Made by a program: the position numbers and the translations under genes. DNA of 64,000 nucleotides from Octopus sinensis (taxonomy: Eukaryota). The notes below the pieces were generated by a model that made no database searches, had not been told where the DNA came from, and was given only the letters and a program-made list of their open reading frames with translations. Of the stretch, positions 28,066 to 41,535 are shown piece after piece. The DNA lies in contig NC_043009.1 in assembly GCF_006345805.1 (NCBI RefSeq), positions 53,568,001 through 53,632,000 of the forward strand, written 5' to 3'. How positions within the stretch are numbered: the first letter of the stretch is position 1; every line of letters starts with the position of its first letter.

Positions 28066-28924
28066 TTAGAAATAAAGTTCTTTCACTCTCATTAGTTAAC
28101 ATACTAGTGAACCAGTAGTAGGGGCCTTGAAAATTCAATTTGTCCTGTCCAGGATAGAACTAGAGATAAAAGTAGCTAAGTGATGTTACCAAACAGTACA
28201 AGACTTGTAGCAGAGTTCCACTGTTCAAGCAGTTCAAATTCATATTCAGGACATACACACACACAAACACACACACGCACACACACACACATACACACAC
28301 ACACACACTCACTCACTCACCGACTCACTCACTCACCTTTACGCGCATATGTGTACGTGTGTGTGTGGGTGTCTGTGGGTGTGTGCGGCTGTGTGTATAG
28401 TAATATATGTTGCCACTTCCGTGTGGCTGTTCCACACTGAGAAAACCTCTTTGCCAACTGCTTAACGGCACACCATCTGTGCTATATATGTTGCGAGTAG
28501 AGGAACGAACTACTCTCCTCCACCGTGTATAAACTCATACATATACATACATGTCTATGCATCTCTTTCTCCCTCTCTCTCACTCTCTCTCTCTCTCTTC
28601 ACGTGATGAGATGCTTATTTCTGACTTTTCTTCTCCAGCTTCCTCCAAGTAGGGACGGTAAAATCTGTTGCTCTGCCGATCCCAAAGAATAGCGTTCGTA
28701 AAAGTTTTTTTTTATCTCGTTTGGCTTAACAGCCCTCCTTCTTTGTGTTACTGTTATTCTCCGTTGTCCTGTTTATATTTTGTACTGTCGTTACTGTCCT
28801 GTTTTTGTTACCATTTTTACCCCTCCCCAAAAAAATCTCAAATTTTATTTAATTTGATTTCCGCGGGAAGGAAAATTTCATTGAAGTCATGTATCGCCTG
28901 ACCTTCGAAACGTGGAGTAGATGA

Positions 28925-29146
28925 AATTAAGGCGACTGAAGAAGGGGAATGTTCCTTGTTTGTATGTCCTGTACTCTATTTTTTCGTTGTTTAAAAAATG
29001 TCCATTTCCTCGGTTTTGTGTTTATGTTTTCGTTTCTCGTTGTGTTCGACGTTTTTTTGTTGTCCTGTACCCATATATGCATGTATATATACATGTAGAG
29101 GTAGGTACGTACATATATGCATGTATATATGCATATGTTTTATTTA

Positions 29147-29160
<14 letters not shown>
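28925..29160 (+). repeat. Unclassified dispersed repeat (same family as 3505-3750)
   Basis: Intra-window alignment. Confidence 0.8.
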
Positions 29161-29212
<52 letters not shown>

Positions 29213-29659
29213 CATATATATATACATACACACACACACATACATACACACACACATATATATATATATACATATATATATAAGTAATATTAATAATAGT
29301 AGGGAATATAATTGAAAACTTACAGTTAAAAATTCAAGTTAGCAATTCTAAATTAAATTTTACAATATATAATATATGTATATAATTAAGAGAAATAACC
29401 TATATTAAGCAATTCAATAGTGAAAGAAATTATCTATATCATATAAAAAAATTAAATATACTATAATAAATATTATTCAAAACAATCAATAAATTAAATA
29501 AAGTTTATTTAATTCATTGGTTTTTTTAAAATAATATTTATATTAGTATATTTAAATATTTTCTAGATGATACAGATAATTTCTTTCACTATTGAATTGC
29601 TTAATAGAGGTTATTTCTCTTAATTATATACATACGTACATACATACATACATACAACA

Positions 29660-29695
<36 letters not shown>

Positions 29696-29753
29696 TATAT
29701 ATATTATATATATATATATATATATAAAATAAAAACATGATGCGAAGGATTCA

Positions 29754-29831
29754 GCGGTACATATGTTTCGGGCCTTTATTAGATAGATTTATAACAATGC
29801 ATAATGTATGTCTGTGGCCTTCTTCAGCCGC
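29754..29831 (-). ncRNA. Type I hammerhead ribozyme (PLE-type, GUA site)
   Basis: GCGG-CTGAAGA-AGGCC-n40-GGCCC-GAAAC-ATAT-GTA|CCGC; palindromic ACATATGT stem III. Confidence 0.8.
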
Positions 29832-31257
29832 GCACAACAGCTTCCACAAGGACATGTGTTACATCAAAAATTCTTGGTTGGGGATGCAAATCCTCTCATT
29901 CACGTACGACATAATGCGGCAGCAGCATAGAGTTGAAGCGTCCATCTCTTTCTTCTCTCAATGTAGAATGAGGAAAATTGGATGTTGAGGTAATGTAAAT
30001 AAATAAATACATATATGGAGGTGAAGATGGAGGGGCGAGAGTTCGGGACGAGGGATAAAAAATGTATAAAAAGTGTAAGTATAGAATAATATAAAAGGGG
30101 ATGTAAAGGGGGTATAAAGAAATACAAAGTAAAAATAGAAATAGAAATAAAAGTAAAAAAACCTGATAAAAACATGATAAAAGTGTAAAAGAATGTAAAG
30201 ATAAGGGATGTATAGAGGTTATGGACCAAGCATGGTGGTCAGGAGATTGATAAAATTTAGTTGTAGATTGTCAGTACATCAACAGTTTCGTCTGGGGACT
30301 TAATGCGTTGTAAATCAGAGCTGATGAGCATTTAATCTGGTTCCTTGAATTAAATGGACTTCTGGTACATACATATCATCATGGATATATATTACACACA
30401 TACACGCGTACATATACGCCTCCAAGCCTATAAGCATACAGACGCACTCGCGTGTAAACACGTACATAAACACACACGCACCCACACGCACGCGCGTACA
30501 CACACATACATACAACAGAATATCCGCATATATACACGGACATTACGCGCGTACACGCTCACATGTATATACGCGCGCCCATCACTACATACACACACGT
30601 ATATGCCCACGCCTCTAGGTCCAGGTATAAGATATTAAAGGATGTGTATAAGAATGTATGTAAAGAATCCCGTACTCATGTCAATACTCATGTCCTGGAC
30701 AGAACAGAACAGAACCTATTAAACCACAAGTACCCAAAATTACTATTAAAGACCATAAGAAAGACTTCCCAGATAGTGTAGGAGTACGATTAATCTGTCT
30801 GACTAAATCGGATATATCGGCAGACTTAGCAAGACCATCCTGGACAGGGTGATCCCACACATCAAACCCCACATCCCACTCCAACTATGGATTAACACCA
30901 ACGATGTGCTAGAATGGTTTAACACTATCACCAATAGGCCCGACTACTCATTCATCCAATTCGACATAGCTAGCTACTACGCCAGTATATCCCCCATCTT
31001 ATATTATTCTATACTTACACTTTTTATACATTTTTATCCCTCGTCCCGAACTCTCGCCCCTCCATCTTCACCTCCATATATGTATTTATTTATTTACATT
31101 ACCCAACATCCAATTTCCTCATTCTACATTGAGAGAAGAAGAGATGGACGCTTCAACTCTATGCTGCTGCCGCATTATGTCGTACGTGAATGAGAGGATT
31201 TGCATCCCCAACCAAGAATTTTTGATGTAACACATGTCCTTGTGGAAGCTGTTGTGC

Positions 31258-31334
31258 GTGGCTGAAGAAGGCCACAGACATACATTATGCATTGTTATAA
31301 ATCTGTCTAATAAAGCCCGAAACATATGTACCGC
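31258..31334 (+). ncRNA. Type I hammerhead ribozyme (second pLTR copy)
   Basis: GTGG-CTGAAGA-AGGCC...GCCC-GAAAC-ATAT-GTA|CCGC. Confidence 0.75.
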
Positions 31335-31441
31335 TGAATCCTTCGCATCATGTTTTTATTTTATTTTGATCAATTTACTCCACCACCTACACCACCAAAC
31401 GGTATACACAGGTGCTTATAATTATCAAGTACACACCCCGA

Positions 31442-31484
<43 letters not shown>

Positions 31485-31485
31485 A

Positions 31486-32250
31486 ACAAGTCTCATTCCG
31501 AAAATTTTCACACTCTTTCAAAAGAAGCATTTATTAATTTCAAAGAAGTACATAACGCTAATCTGTTTCCATGCAAGATCTTTTGGCTTCAGTGCACTTG
31601 TAGCGCTCCTGCGAATTCGGAAACACCCCATGGAAGTTTTCAAAGATCAACGCGTCCAGGATTCTTGTCATCACGTCCTTCATCCTCAGAAACGACTGCT
31701 CGTGACGTTCTCTCAGCTCGGGGAACAACCAAATGTCACATGGTGCAAGGTCTGGACTGTAGACAGGATGAGGGACAGTTTCGCCCCCGCTCTCAGTCAA
31801 GATGTTTGCTACCACTATGCTTGTCAGTGAACTACATGGGAAAAAAACTATGTACAAATTTTGTGTATTCAGATCTTCATGAATAATTCTGTGTACAGTT
31901 GCCAGACCAGCTCTAAATTGTATGCTGATTGTCTTTATGACTGACGTTTATGATTCACGTTCTTCATGCAGGGGCTTACAAATTTTACTTAATCAGCTCT
32001 GATGTCCAAACTTCCCTTTTCCTCGTCGTCTCTCATATCCTCTCTACCGTCCATGACCCTCTTATAGCAGCGAAAATTCCTTTGAAACGCAATCCGGGAT
32101 GTCTCATAAGTTTATGTAGCATTTTCGCAAACTAGTCAACACCGACAAACATTTTGTAGTATGGTATTTCAAATGCTTTTACAGCCGTCTCCTTCATTCT
32201 GGAATAACACAAATTGGCAGCTCATCTTGTTAGATGTATAGTAATAATAT
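31486..32250 (-). mobile_element. Mariner transposase relics
   Basis: VPHPVYSPDLAPCDIWLFP (31558-31857) and an N-terminal YKRVMDGREDMRDDE-like piece near 32000-32080. Confidence 0.75.
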
Positions 32251-32532
32251 ACTAAAATTGCCATAATGTTGAGCAATAATTACTGCATCTCCTCTTGTAT
32301 GTGTGTGCATGTATATATGTATATGTATATACTTATATAGGATATACTGTAAAAAAGAAAACGAATTCAATATATCTGATATAATATTCATTTATAGCCA
32401 ACAAGGGATTAGATATTATAGTGGCAAGTTACTATTCAAACTGAGAAAGATTTGAAAATTCATTTCTATATCACATAAATACATAGCTATGTATGACCAC
32501 ACAAATCCACACATACACACACAGATCCACAC

Positions 32533-32563
<31 letters not shown>

Positions 32564-32594
32564 TGTATGTATCTATCTATCTATCAATACATAC

Positions 32595-32656
<62 letters not shown>

Positions 32657-33598
32657 CAATATCATGCAAAAGTCTTCGGTCATTTTAAACTATTGCAAAT
32701 TCCTACTATTTACCAACTTATAAGAGGATGCTTCACATTGCGTTTTTTTACATATGAAAGATTGGCCCTGTTGGAATCATTTCTATACCCAATCAGTAGA
32801 TGTTATGGTAGGGGTTCTGAATGAGAGGGGAAGAATGCGAGACAACTACCAAAAATGGTCGTGCAAAAGTTTTCGTCCACCTCACATAAACCAATCACGA
32901 TACAGTATTTTAAAACTGAAAGATGTATAAGATGAAAATTTATCACATTGTTGTGGTGAATAAAAAGGAAAGAACATGATCAGTAAACAAGTGTCACCTG
33001 GCTGAGGACAGCTGACACTTTCCACGATACTCATCAAAATAAGCAGTGAGTTTTCGAATAATAATAATATTAATAATAATAGCAATATCAATTGAAGGTA
33101 TAACCCAAAATAAGTGAAATACCTCTGAATAAATCATGTACTCCACACAATAAAATATAAACAAAACTGCTACGATCAATTATAACATAAATAGATATTT
33201 TAAAACCACGATTCAACAGTAATTCTAGTAGCGGTGATTATAAGACCAGAATTCAATTCGATTTAAAAAGTAGCGCTATCACTCTCAACTGAATACCAAT
33301 GCAGGGAGCTTGTTAGAATTAGTTCACTTTGTAAACGTCGCAAGTGATGGACCCTTGATGAATTTCTAGTGGCAAGGATGCATAATTGCATACAGAGCAT
33401 TTTGCAGTTACTGCAGTAGAAACATATGTAGATCATTGTTATATATGCCTGTATAAAAGTTTATAATAAAAAGTTTTGGATGTGAATAAATCTCCACTCC
33501 TCTCTTGGTTTTCAATTATATATATATATAATTATTTCAATGGACAAAGTCAAAACAAGACTTACTTCCTCCATATTGAATTAATGTGCAAGAATTAA

Positions 33599-34013
33599 GA
33601 AGCCGGCGAAACAAATCCATTAATACATGCGATTGAAATCAGGCTGGTGAGAGGATATCTTAAAAGACTCCACATCAATTGCGAATTAGCTAATTTGAAG
33701 ATTAAAATCTTAAATAGATTTTCTTCTATCTTCAACATAACACATGTGGGCGAGCGTGTTAGGATTTTAAGATGGCTTTTTCGAAACTATTCTTGCAAGT
33801 TTTGGTGTATAGACGTGCAAACTCGTTTTGTTATGGGTATGCGTAAACACTCGTTCGTATATATTGTTACATATATTGCGCTGAAGATAGAAAAAAATCT
33901 ATTTAAAATTTTAATCTCGGAATTAGCTAATTCGCAATTGATGCGGTGTTTTTAAATATTCATTCAGTAGCCTGCTTTCAATCTCATGTATTTATGGAGT
34001 TTTTTCGGTAGCT
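33599..34013. mobile_element. MITE with ~140-bp imperfect TIRs
   Basis: TCCATTAATACATGCGATTGAAATCAGGCT... versus AGCCTGCTTTCAATCTCATGTATTTATGGA in inverted orientation. Confidence 0.7.
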
Positions 34014-34254
34014 TTATAATGCTTGGACATTAATTCAGTATGGAGTAGATAAGCCTTGTTTTGACTTTCTCCCTACAAATAATTTTATATAATATATATA
34101 TATAATTATTAATTTAATATATAAACTTCTATAGTTTATATATTAAATTATATATAGTTCATACATAACTGCTGACTACCTGATAATTATTATTAACGTG
34201 ATTTTTACCCTTATGTTTTATAGATATATATATATATGTATACATATATATATA

Positions 34255-34393
34255 TATATGAATAGCCGAAATTGCAAAGATAATCTGGAACTCGACTGAG
34301 GAAAGAAAAGTTCGAATGACCCGACCTTATTTTCTTGTATCTTCTATCTGGATATTTTGCGTTTTTGTCCCATTTTGCATATATATAAATATG

Positions 34394-34445
<52 letters not shown>

Positions 34446-34570
34446 TAGCCGAAATTGCAAAGATAATCTGGAACTCGACTGAGGAAAGAAAACTTCGAAT
34501 GACCCGACCTTGTTTTCCTTGTATCGTCTATCTGGATATTTTGCGTTTTTGTCCCATTTTGCATATATAT
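34255..34570 (+). repeat. Tandem duplication of a ~125-bp unit separated by (TA)n
   Basis: ATGAATAGCCGAAATTGCAAAGATAATCTGGAACTCGACTGAGG... occurs twice. Confidence 0.9.
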
Positions 34571-34585
34571 AAATATGTATATATA

Positions 34586-34636
<51 letters not shown>

Positions 34637-34637
<1 letters not shown>

Positions 34638-34790
34638 GACGGAGCCTCCACGGAGTTGCTGTCTACCAAATTCCCTTACAAAGCATCGGTCGTACGGGGT
34701 TATAGTAGAATATATTTGCCCAAATTAGAGGGACTTGAACTCAAAACCACGTGGCTGGAATGCGAGTTTCTTAACCACACACTGCTGCCT
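34637..34790 (-). mobile_element. SINE family C 5' half, degenerate
   Basis: Similarity to 27200-27371. Confidence 0.6.
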
Positions 34791-35416
34791 GACCGTCTCA
34801 TTATTTCAGCAATTCGCCATGTTCAACCAAGTTATCTAGTGTGTCATTCTATTTTTAAAGATAGTTTGGTTAATTCAAGGGAAATTTGGCTGCTCTGTCT
34901 AACACATTCTGCAGTCACTCAGCTTCTCTTTGCATCGTACATTAGTCTACGATGGTTGCTCAACGAGCATACATAAACAGTAATTGGTTCTCTCTTTTTC
35001 TTTCCCTCCCTCCCTCTGTGTTTCTCTGTCCCCCTCACTCTCTCTTTATCTATCTATTTATCTACCTATCCCTCCTTCTCTTTCTCTCTCGCACGCACAC
35101 ACCACTACACAAAGAGCAAAAATAGCACTTAAACAAGGAAGCTCTCATTCGATGCTCGACCTAGTAAAAATATCAGATAAATCTTCCTCGATCCTTACAT
35201 TAGATAATTTTATTTGACAAAAAGAAAAGTCAAAAAAGGAAAAGTTGTGATGCAGTAAAAACGAGCTATCGCGGTTATGCGCGGCGTTTCCTCCGAAAAG
35301 CTCAGTCTAGGCTCGGGGATACTGGCGAGGTGGGTGGCTGATGCTGAAGGACCCAAAACCTCTTGGAACGCTAGAAATATCATTGACGACATATCCCAGA
35401 GCAGCTGCAAGATGTA

Positions 35417-35463
<47 letters not shown>

Positions 35464-35619
35464 ATATATTAAATAGAATATTTGAAAACAAATCAGTTTG
35501 AAGGTCTTCGATGAAACGCGTTGATAATAACTGTTCTTTGTCAGCGCGAACTTGAGGGTAAGCAAAAGACTAACATCAGAATTACTAGGGGAAGTCGTGA
35601 TTTAGTAGAAGTAGTAGTT

Positions 35620-35671
<52 letters not shown>

Positions 35672-36172
35672 CAGTAGTGCACATAGTTTTCGATAATCTT
35701 TGCACTTGAGGAAACCTGTGACAATGCTCCCCATTGGAGAACATTACAATGACCGCCATATTTTTTATCTATGAATACTATTATTCAAATGTTCTTTCTT
35801 ATGGGGGGATGTAAGCTGTTGTGAAAAATATATTACCCTGCAATTTCTAGCAGAACAAGCGTACGAGCATTCCTGAAATAAATATATACTTTTTACGTTT
35901 TATTTATTTTAATAAAACATCAAACTAAAGGCTAACAGAATATAGTTAATCTTAACAAACATTAACTATTTTTGACACAAGTATGAGGGAGTTTCTCAGG
36001 ATCAACCTAAAAAACGATTAAATATATCGAAACATTTCAGAATTTTATCCCAAATTATCAAGAGTCCCTCATGGAAGAAAAAAAATTCGGAGAATGGGTT
36101 GGGAAATTGGAAAATGAAGATATAGGAATTTACAGTGAAAATTATGTGTATGTATATGTGGATATACATACA

Positions 36173-36210
<38 letters not shown>

Positions 36211-36785
36211 TGTATCTATGTGTGTGTGGGTGCGTGTGTGTGTACAGGATTGTTTCTAATTATTTCTTTTTATTTTACAAACTCATACTCACGCATGCAC
36301 GCACGCACATACATACACACATAAACACACACAAACGCACACAAGTACAGATACGTATATATATATGCATATTATAACTGTAAATATGTTCTTAGAAAAT
36401 ACCTTTTTTTTGCAATGTGAACACATAAATGTTGAAAAAACCATGGAAATATATTCCAGAAAACGAGTGATTGAAAATGGAACAACTTAGCATCTTGTGT
36501 TCGATGATATACATGCGTGACAGCACGTTATTTGGAAATAATGAAATAATAATGAAAATTATACCAAAATATCATAAATATCATGTATATAGATATATAT
36601 GTATGCATGTGTGTTATTACATGCGTTTGAGGTAGCCTTAACCTTGTATTGATATATATCTATATCTATATATATATATATACACATATATATATAAGTA
36701 TAAGCATATATACATGTGTATATCTATCTAAATATATATATATATATAAAATATTATTAGAGACAAAACCACTATTTTGCAAAAC

Positions 36786-36831
<46 letters not shown>

Positions 36832-36833
36832 AT

Positions 36834-37004
36834 ATTAACAATTAGGAACGGCATAATAGGCCATTCACACCACTAGAAATAACAGCCAAAGCTTCTACCG
36901 CAAATAAAGATCAACTCCGGAGTTGATCTTTATTTGCGGTAGAAGCTTTGGCTGTTATTTCTAGTGGGTGAATGGCCTATTATGGCCGTTCCTTAATTGT
37001 TAAT
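36834..37004. repeat. 171-bp near-perfect spacerless palindrome
   Basis: Centre TCC|GGA at 36918/36919; arms differ by three 1-bp indels. Confidence 0.95.
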
Positions 37005-37102
37005 GTTGAACTTAAAAATGGTCTATGACTATTTAATTTTTTTTCCGCTGGGCCGCTGGTGGCAATAAAATTCTACAAAATTTTCCTTGCCACCCTATAT
37101 TG

Positions 37103-37135
<33 letters not shown>

Positions 37136-37146
37136 GGATATCTATC

Positions 37147-37289
<143 letters not shown>

Positions 37290-37887
37290 GGTAGTATCAA
37301 TTATGGAAGTATTCCAAAGAGATCCAATGTATGGGGAAATATATTCTAGGAAAATTCTGTATGGTAACCGCGTTTTAAATATAATGACTGTTTTAAATTT
37401 AATCCAAAAAAAAAAGATATTTTTTAGGAAGAGATGTACAAAAAATACTATTTACAGCTTATCATGAAACAGAGTATACTTAGTGCTACCGAATATTTAA
37501 AGAGTATCTCATCGAGTTTGCAACAATGAATCAAAACTGATGGAAAGGAAAAATATAGATGTTAATAATGCCTTCAAATAACCAGCATGTAATCTAGTTT
37601 CTCTAAGATTCGTCTCGTCATATACAAGTGATCTCTTATATACCCCCCAAAACATTTATAATGAAAATTTCTCACCTGGAACAACATATTTTTGCAAACC
37701 AATTAATTAGCGTTGTCTTTACAATTAGTGGTGTAAACGATAAAACTAATCATAATTTTGCATTGCAGTTAACTGAGAAGAAATATACAATGGACGCTCT
37801 AAAAGGGAGTAATCGTTGATTTGCATCTTATTCACAAGCAATGAGTATACTCAGTATAGAGGGGATTGCATCATATACTTATATATA

Positions 37888-37933
<46 letters not shown>

Positions 37934-38373
37934 TAATTAAAGGGTTAATTGGCAACAAGATGCTCAAAACCACATACCAAAAAAATATTAGAAATAGCAG
38001 CCAAATAGGTCACTATTTCTACTACTAGTAAAAACAGTCTCCGCAAACAAACAGAATGTGTAACCCGTATATGGTAAAGAGAAAGAAGACAACAAAATCC
38101 CAGGCTATTGGATTAATTATAGACGAAATCGTTTCTGGATTAGAACCGAAAGTTCATTTCCTTGTCAATATATTTCCTATAAATCTAGAAATGCTACGAA
38201 AAAAACTCACCCATTACACCAACTCGATCAGGCGACATCGAACGATATAACGGTCCGCTAACATTTCTACATTTATATAGACAGGCGAATTCGATTATAA
38301 TTAATCCAATAGGGTGGCATTTACAATAATATCGAGATATCTTTATTCATTTGTTGTCTTACCATTTCTATCA

Positions 38374-38421
<48 letters not shown>

Positions 38422-38886
38422 CTTTGTGTGTGTGTGTGTGTATGTATGTGTGTATGTATGTAAGTGTGTTGCAGGTATGTGTGTGTATAAGCACACATAT
38501 ATACATGAAAAGAAAATAAGACAAAACACTCAATTCAGACAGGTAAGTAAAAATGTGACCGAACAAGAAAAACAAATAAGATCATATTCAAACGAACGAA
38601 AGGTAAAAATCTGATTTACTAAAAATAATTTTAGCTCCTAATTTTTTAAAAGTATTAACTTGTTAGCTCTTGTCGAAATTTCAAATGCAAGGACAGATAT
38701 TCATAACAGTCATATATTCTCAAAATGTGATTCGCGTTAGAATTTAAAATAAAAGCAGGTTTGTCTACAAACAAGACGACAACTGAAGATATGTACTCTT
38801 GTCTCAATAGGTGTCTGCCGTATGTAAAAACAATACCCTTACATAAGCACCATAATTTCCGCAGACGGTCGGCTGCCGATTTGTTG

Positions 38887-38941
<55 letters not shown>

Positions 38942-38974
38942 TAGATAGATATAAAGATTGATAGATAGATAGAT

Positions 38975-39885
38975 AGATGGGCTATAACAAGATATAAAGG
39001 AAAAAACTGCAGATTTTGTATTATATGGTTTTAAAATATATTAAAATCGTCATCTTAGGATAATGTTATAAAGATTTTTTGTATAGCGACATTGTTTTCC
39101 GGTTTCACATTTTCTTTTCAAATTGCTCAAATTTCTTTACCGTTGTTGTGTCATATATTCGTTATGGTGTGATATAAAAGAGTTCTAAATAGAAGGAGGT
39201 AGTCAGGGATTTTTTTCAGTATAAGGGAGATAATCAAAAATATTGAGAACGATTAGCTTTTGTTAATTTAGCATAATTTAGCGTTGATAGAATAAAATCT
39301 ATCTTTGGGTGGCATGAATTAAATAGTAAATATTGTTTGGCGTCTGTAATTTTGTAAAATATGTCCAGTACAGATAATCCATTTCTAAAGAAAAGACCCA
39401 TAAATAACAAACAAAAACTGAACAACGCACTAACCACCTCCAATTTTGACCATTTAGTTAACGACACCCTTCATTACCCTCCAAACACCATAAATAGAAA
39501 TTACCAACTACCTACTTCATTGAAAAATATAAGCCAAAACTAAAACATTTCTAGCATTTTAAAATAAGGAAACTTACCTCATTGAAAAATATTGCCGTTT
39601 TATTCTATCAAAACCAAATCAAGTTAAATTAATGAAACCTAATGATTCCAAACATTTTTATTATCTCCCTTATGCCGAAAAAATCCCTAGCGAATAGGTG
39701 ACACAACAACGGTAAAGAAATTTGAGAAATTTGAAAAGAAAATGCGAAACCGGTTATTTCTCCAAAAAGAATGTCACTCTAAGATTTTCCTCACATGACT
39801 ATTTTGATATATTTTTTAACCATATAGTACTAATCTTCTGTAGTTTTTTCATTCTATTTTGTTTTTTATACATCCAACTACGCGC
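38975..39885. mobile_element. Fold-back element (~270-bp diverged arms, ~400-bp spacer)
   Basis: 39098-39162 versus 39690-39754 and 39205-39245 versus 39652-39690 are inverted matches. Confidence 0.65.
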
Positions 39886-40076
39886 TTTCATATACCAAAT
39901 CTTTCACCCTATATATAAATTAATAGTAATGGTATGACAACAGAAGAATGAATGAGACATCAATATTATGTAAACAGAGGAATTTATCTGTAATATAATA
40001 TGTGACAATTATTCGGTTGCCATAATAAGACTCCGTTATCTCGTCAATTATCAAAAATATAGCCGCCAAGGATTGC

Positions 40077-40141
40077 CTTGATAACTGACGAGATGCCGGA
40101 GCAGATTTCCGCTCCGACATCCGAAACTCGGAGTCCTAAAG
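40077..40141 (+). ncRNA. Hammerhead ribozyme motif (GUC), slightly degenerate
   Basis: CTGACGA-GATG-C-CGGAGC-n8-GCTCCG-A-CATC-C-GAAAC-TCGGA-GTC|CTAAAG. Confidence 0.65.
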
Positions 40142-40347
40142 TTTGAACGACGAGAATAAGTGACCAACACCGTATTGCTGGATAAAATTTTTGTACTTGT
40201 GTATTAAAGCTACTATTGGTTTCATGTTAAGAAAATTATTTTCATATCTTAACAACATTTCAAGCAGATCACATGGAGAACTGGTATTCTCCAATTTGGA
40301 TGAAGATTTGTATGTGTGTGTATGTGTAAGAGAGAGAGAGAGATGAG

Positions 40348-40402
<55 letters not shown>

Positions 40403-41535
40403 GAGAGAGTGAGTGTATGTGTGTGCATGTGTGTTTGTGAGTGTGTATGTACGTGTGTCAGGTCTGTCATGAGCCTCAGAACTCAACAGGCCAATGGCTT
40501 CCCTGTTGGCTAATTGAACGCAATGGCTTCCCTGTTGGCTAATTGAAACATACAACAATCCTGAGTGAAGTACCCTAACTATTAGGGCAAGTGCCACTGC
40601 ATACACACACACACACACACCACACACTCACACACACACACACATATATATCTGCATTTACCACTTACGTCTAGCAATATAGGTTTTTCTGACACACTAT
40701 TCACAGTTAGTGACGATTATAGTTTTCCATTCTGGTGAAACATTGCGAACTGTTGTCTACATTAATTTTCTATACATTTATGTATGTGTGCGCGCATATG
40801 TGTGTGTGTGTTGTACTTGTGTGTATATGTTTAATTGTAGATATACACAATATGTATGTATTAGCGAATTTGAAATCTACTGTTGTGTACACTGATATAC
40901 GAGGTATTTAATACTTTATCAAACAAAGAAATTAGCTGAATGAACCCTATATCTTTCATTAGAATAGATCACTCAATAGGGAAGTATAAAGTATAAGAAT
41001 ATATACGTATTATGGACACAGCACTTTATCATAAATTCACATGACCAGTAGTAACAACAAAATAGTTATACAAGCAAAAGCAAACAAATTCTAGTAGCTT
41101 TATTAATAATATCGCAGCGGTTACTACTCTAGCTCTACTAACTAATAGGTCGCTTAGCTACGGGAAGATATATAGATTTCGGCAAAGGTGAACTGCTTGC
41201 TTAATGACGATGTTGCCAACATGTCTTGTTGGTGAAGTGATTTTTTGTATGGATTAATACTTATTCTTTGTCTCTGTATCAATGCAGCTATTTGTGCGCA
41301 CTGGTATGTATGCGCGTATGTAAATATGTATATATGCGTGTGAGTATATGTGCGCGTGTATATGTGTGTATAAATGTGCGCACACACACACATACGCACA
41401 CTCACACATGTATATAAATATAGACTTCGATATTACGAGGATATATTGTCGACAACTGATGATGGATTGAGCTTGTTTGTGTTCATTGTATGTACTACCA
41501 TTCGTGCTTGACTTTGACGTCGCTCAGCTAATCAT

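Larger units (their letters stand above)
29725..31363 (+). mobile_element. Deleted Penelope-like element with inverted ~375-bp pLTR pair and RT fragment
   Basis: 29725-30102 is the reverse complement of ~30989-31363; 30740-30995 encodes KDHKKDFP..VRLI, PLQLWINTNDVLEWF, SFIQFDIASYYASI (PLE RT). Confidence 0.85.

Noticed and set aside
28875-28960. CCTTC-GAAACGT upstream of CTGAAGA-AGGGG as a permuted or type II hammerhead
   Set aside because: No stem I complementarity and no valid NUH; at best a very decayed relic.
30320-30360. CTGATGA near the PLE
   Set aside because: No stem II closure or GAAA.
35485-35525. GAAACGCGTT palindrome with ATC/GAT flanks
   Set aside because: The upstream core differs from CUGANGA at four positions.
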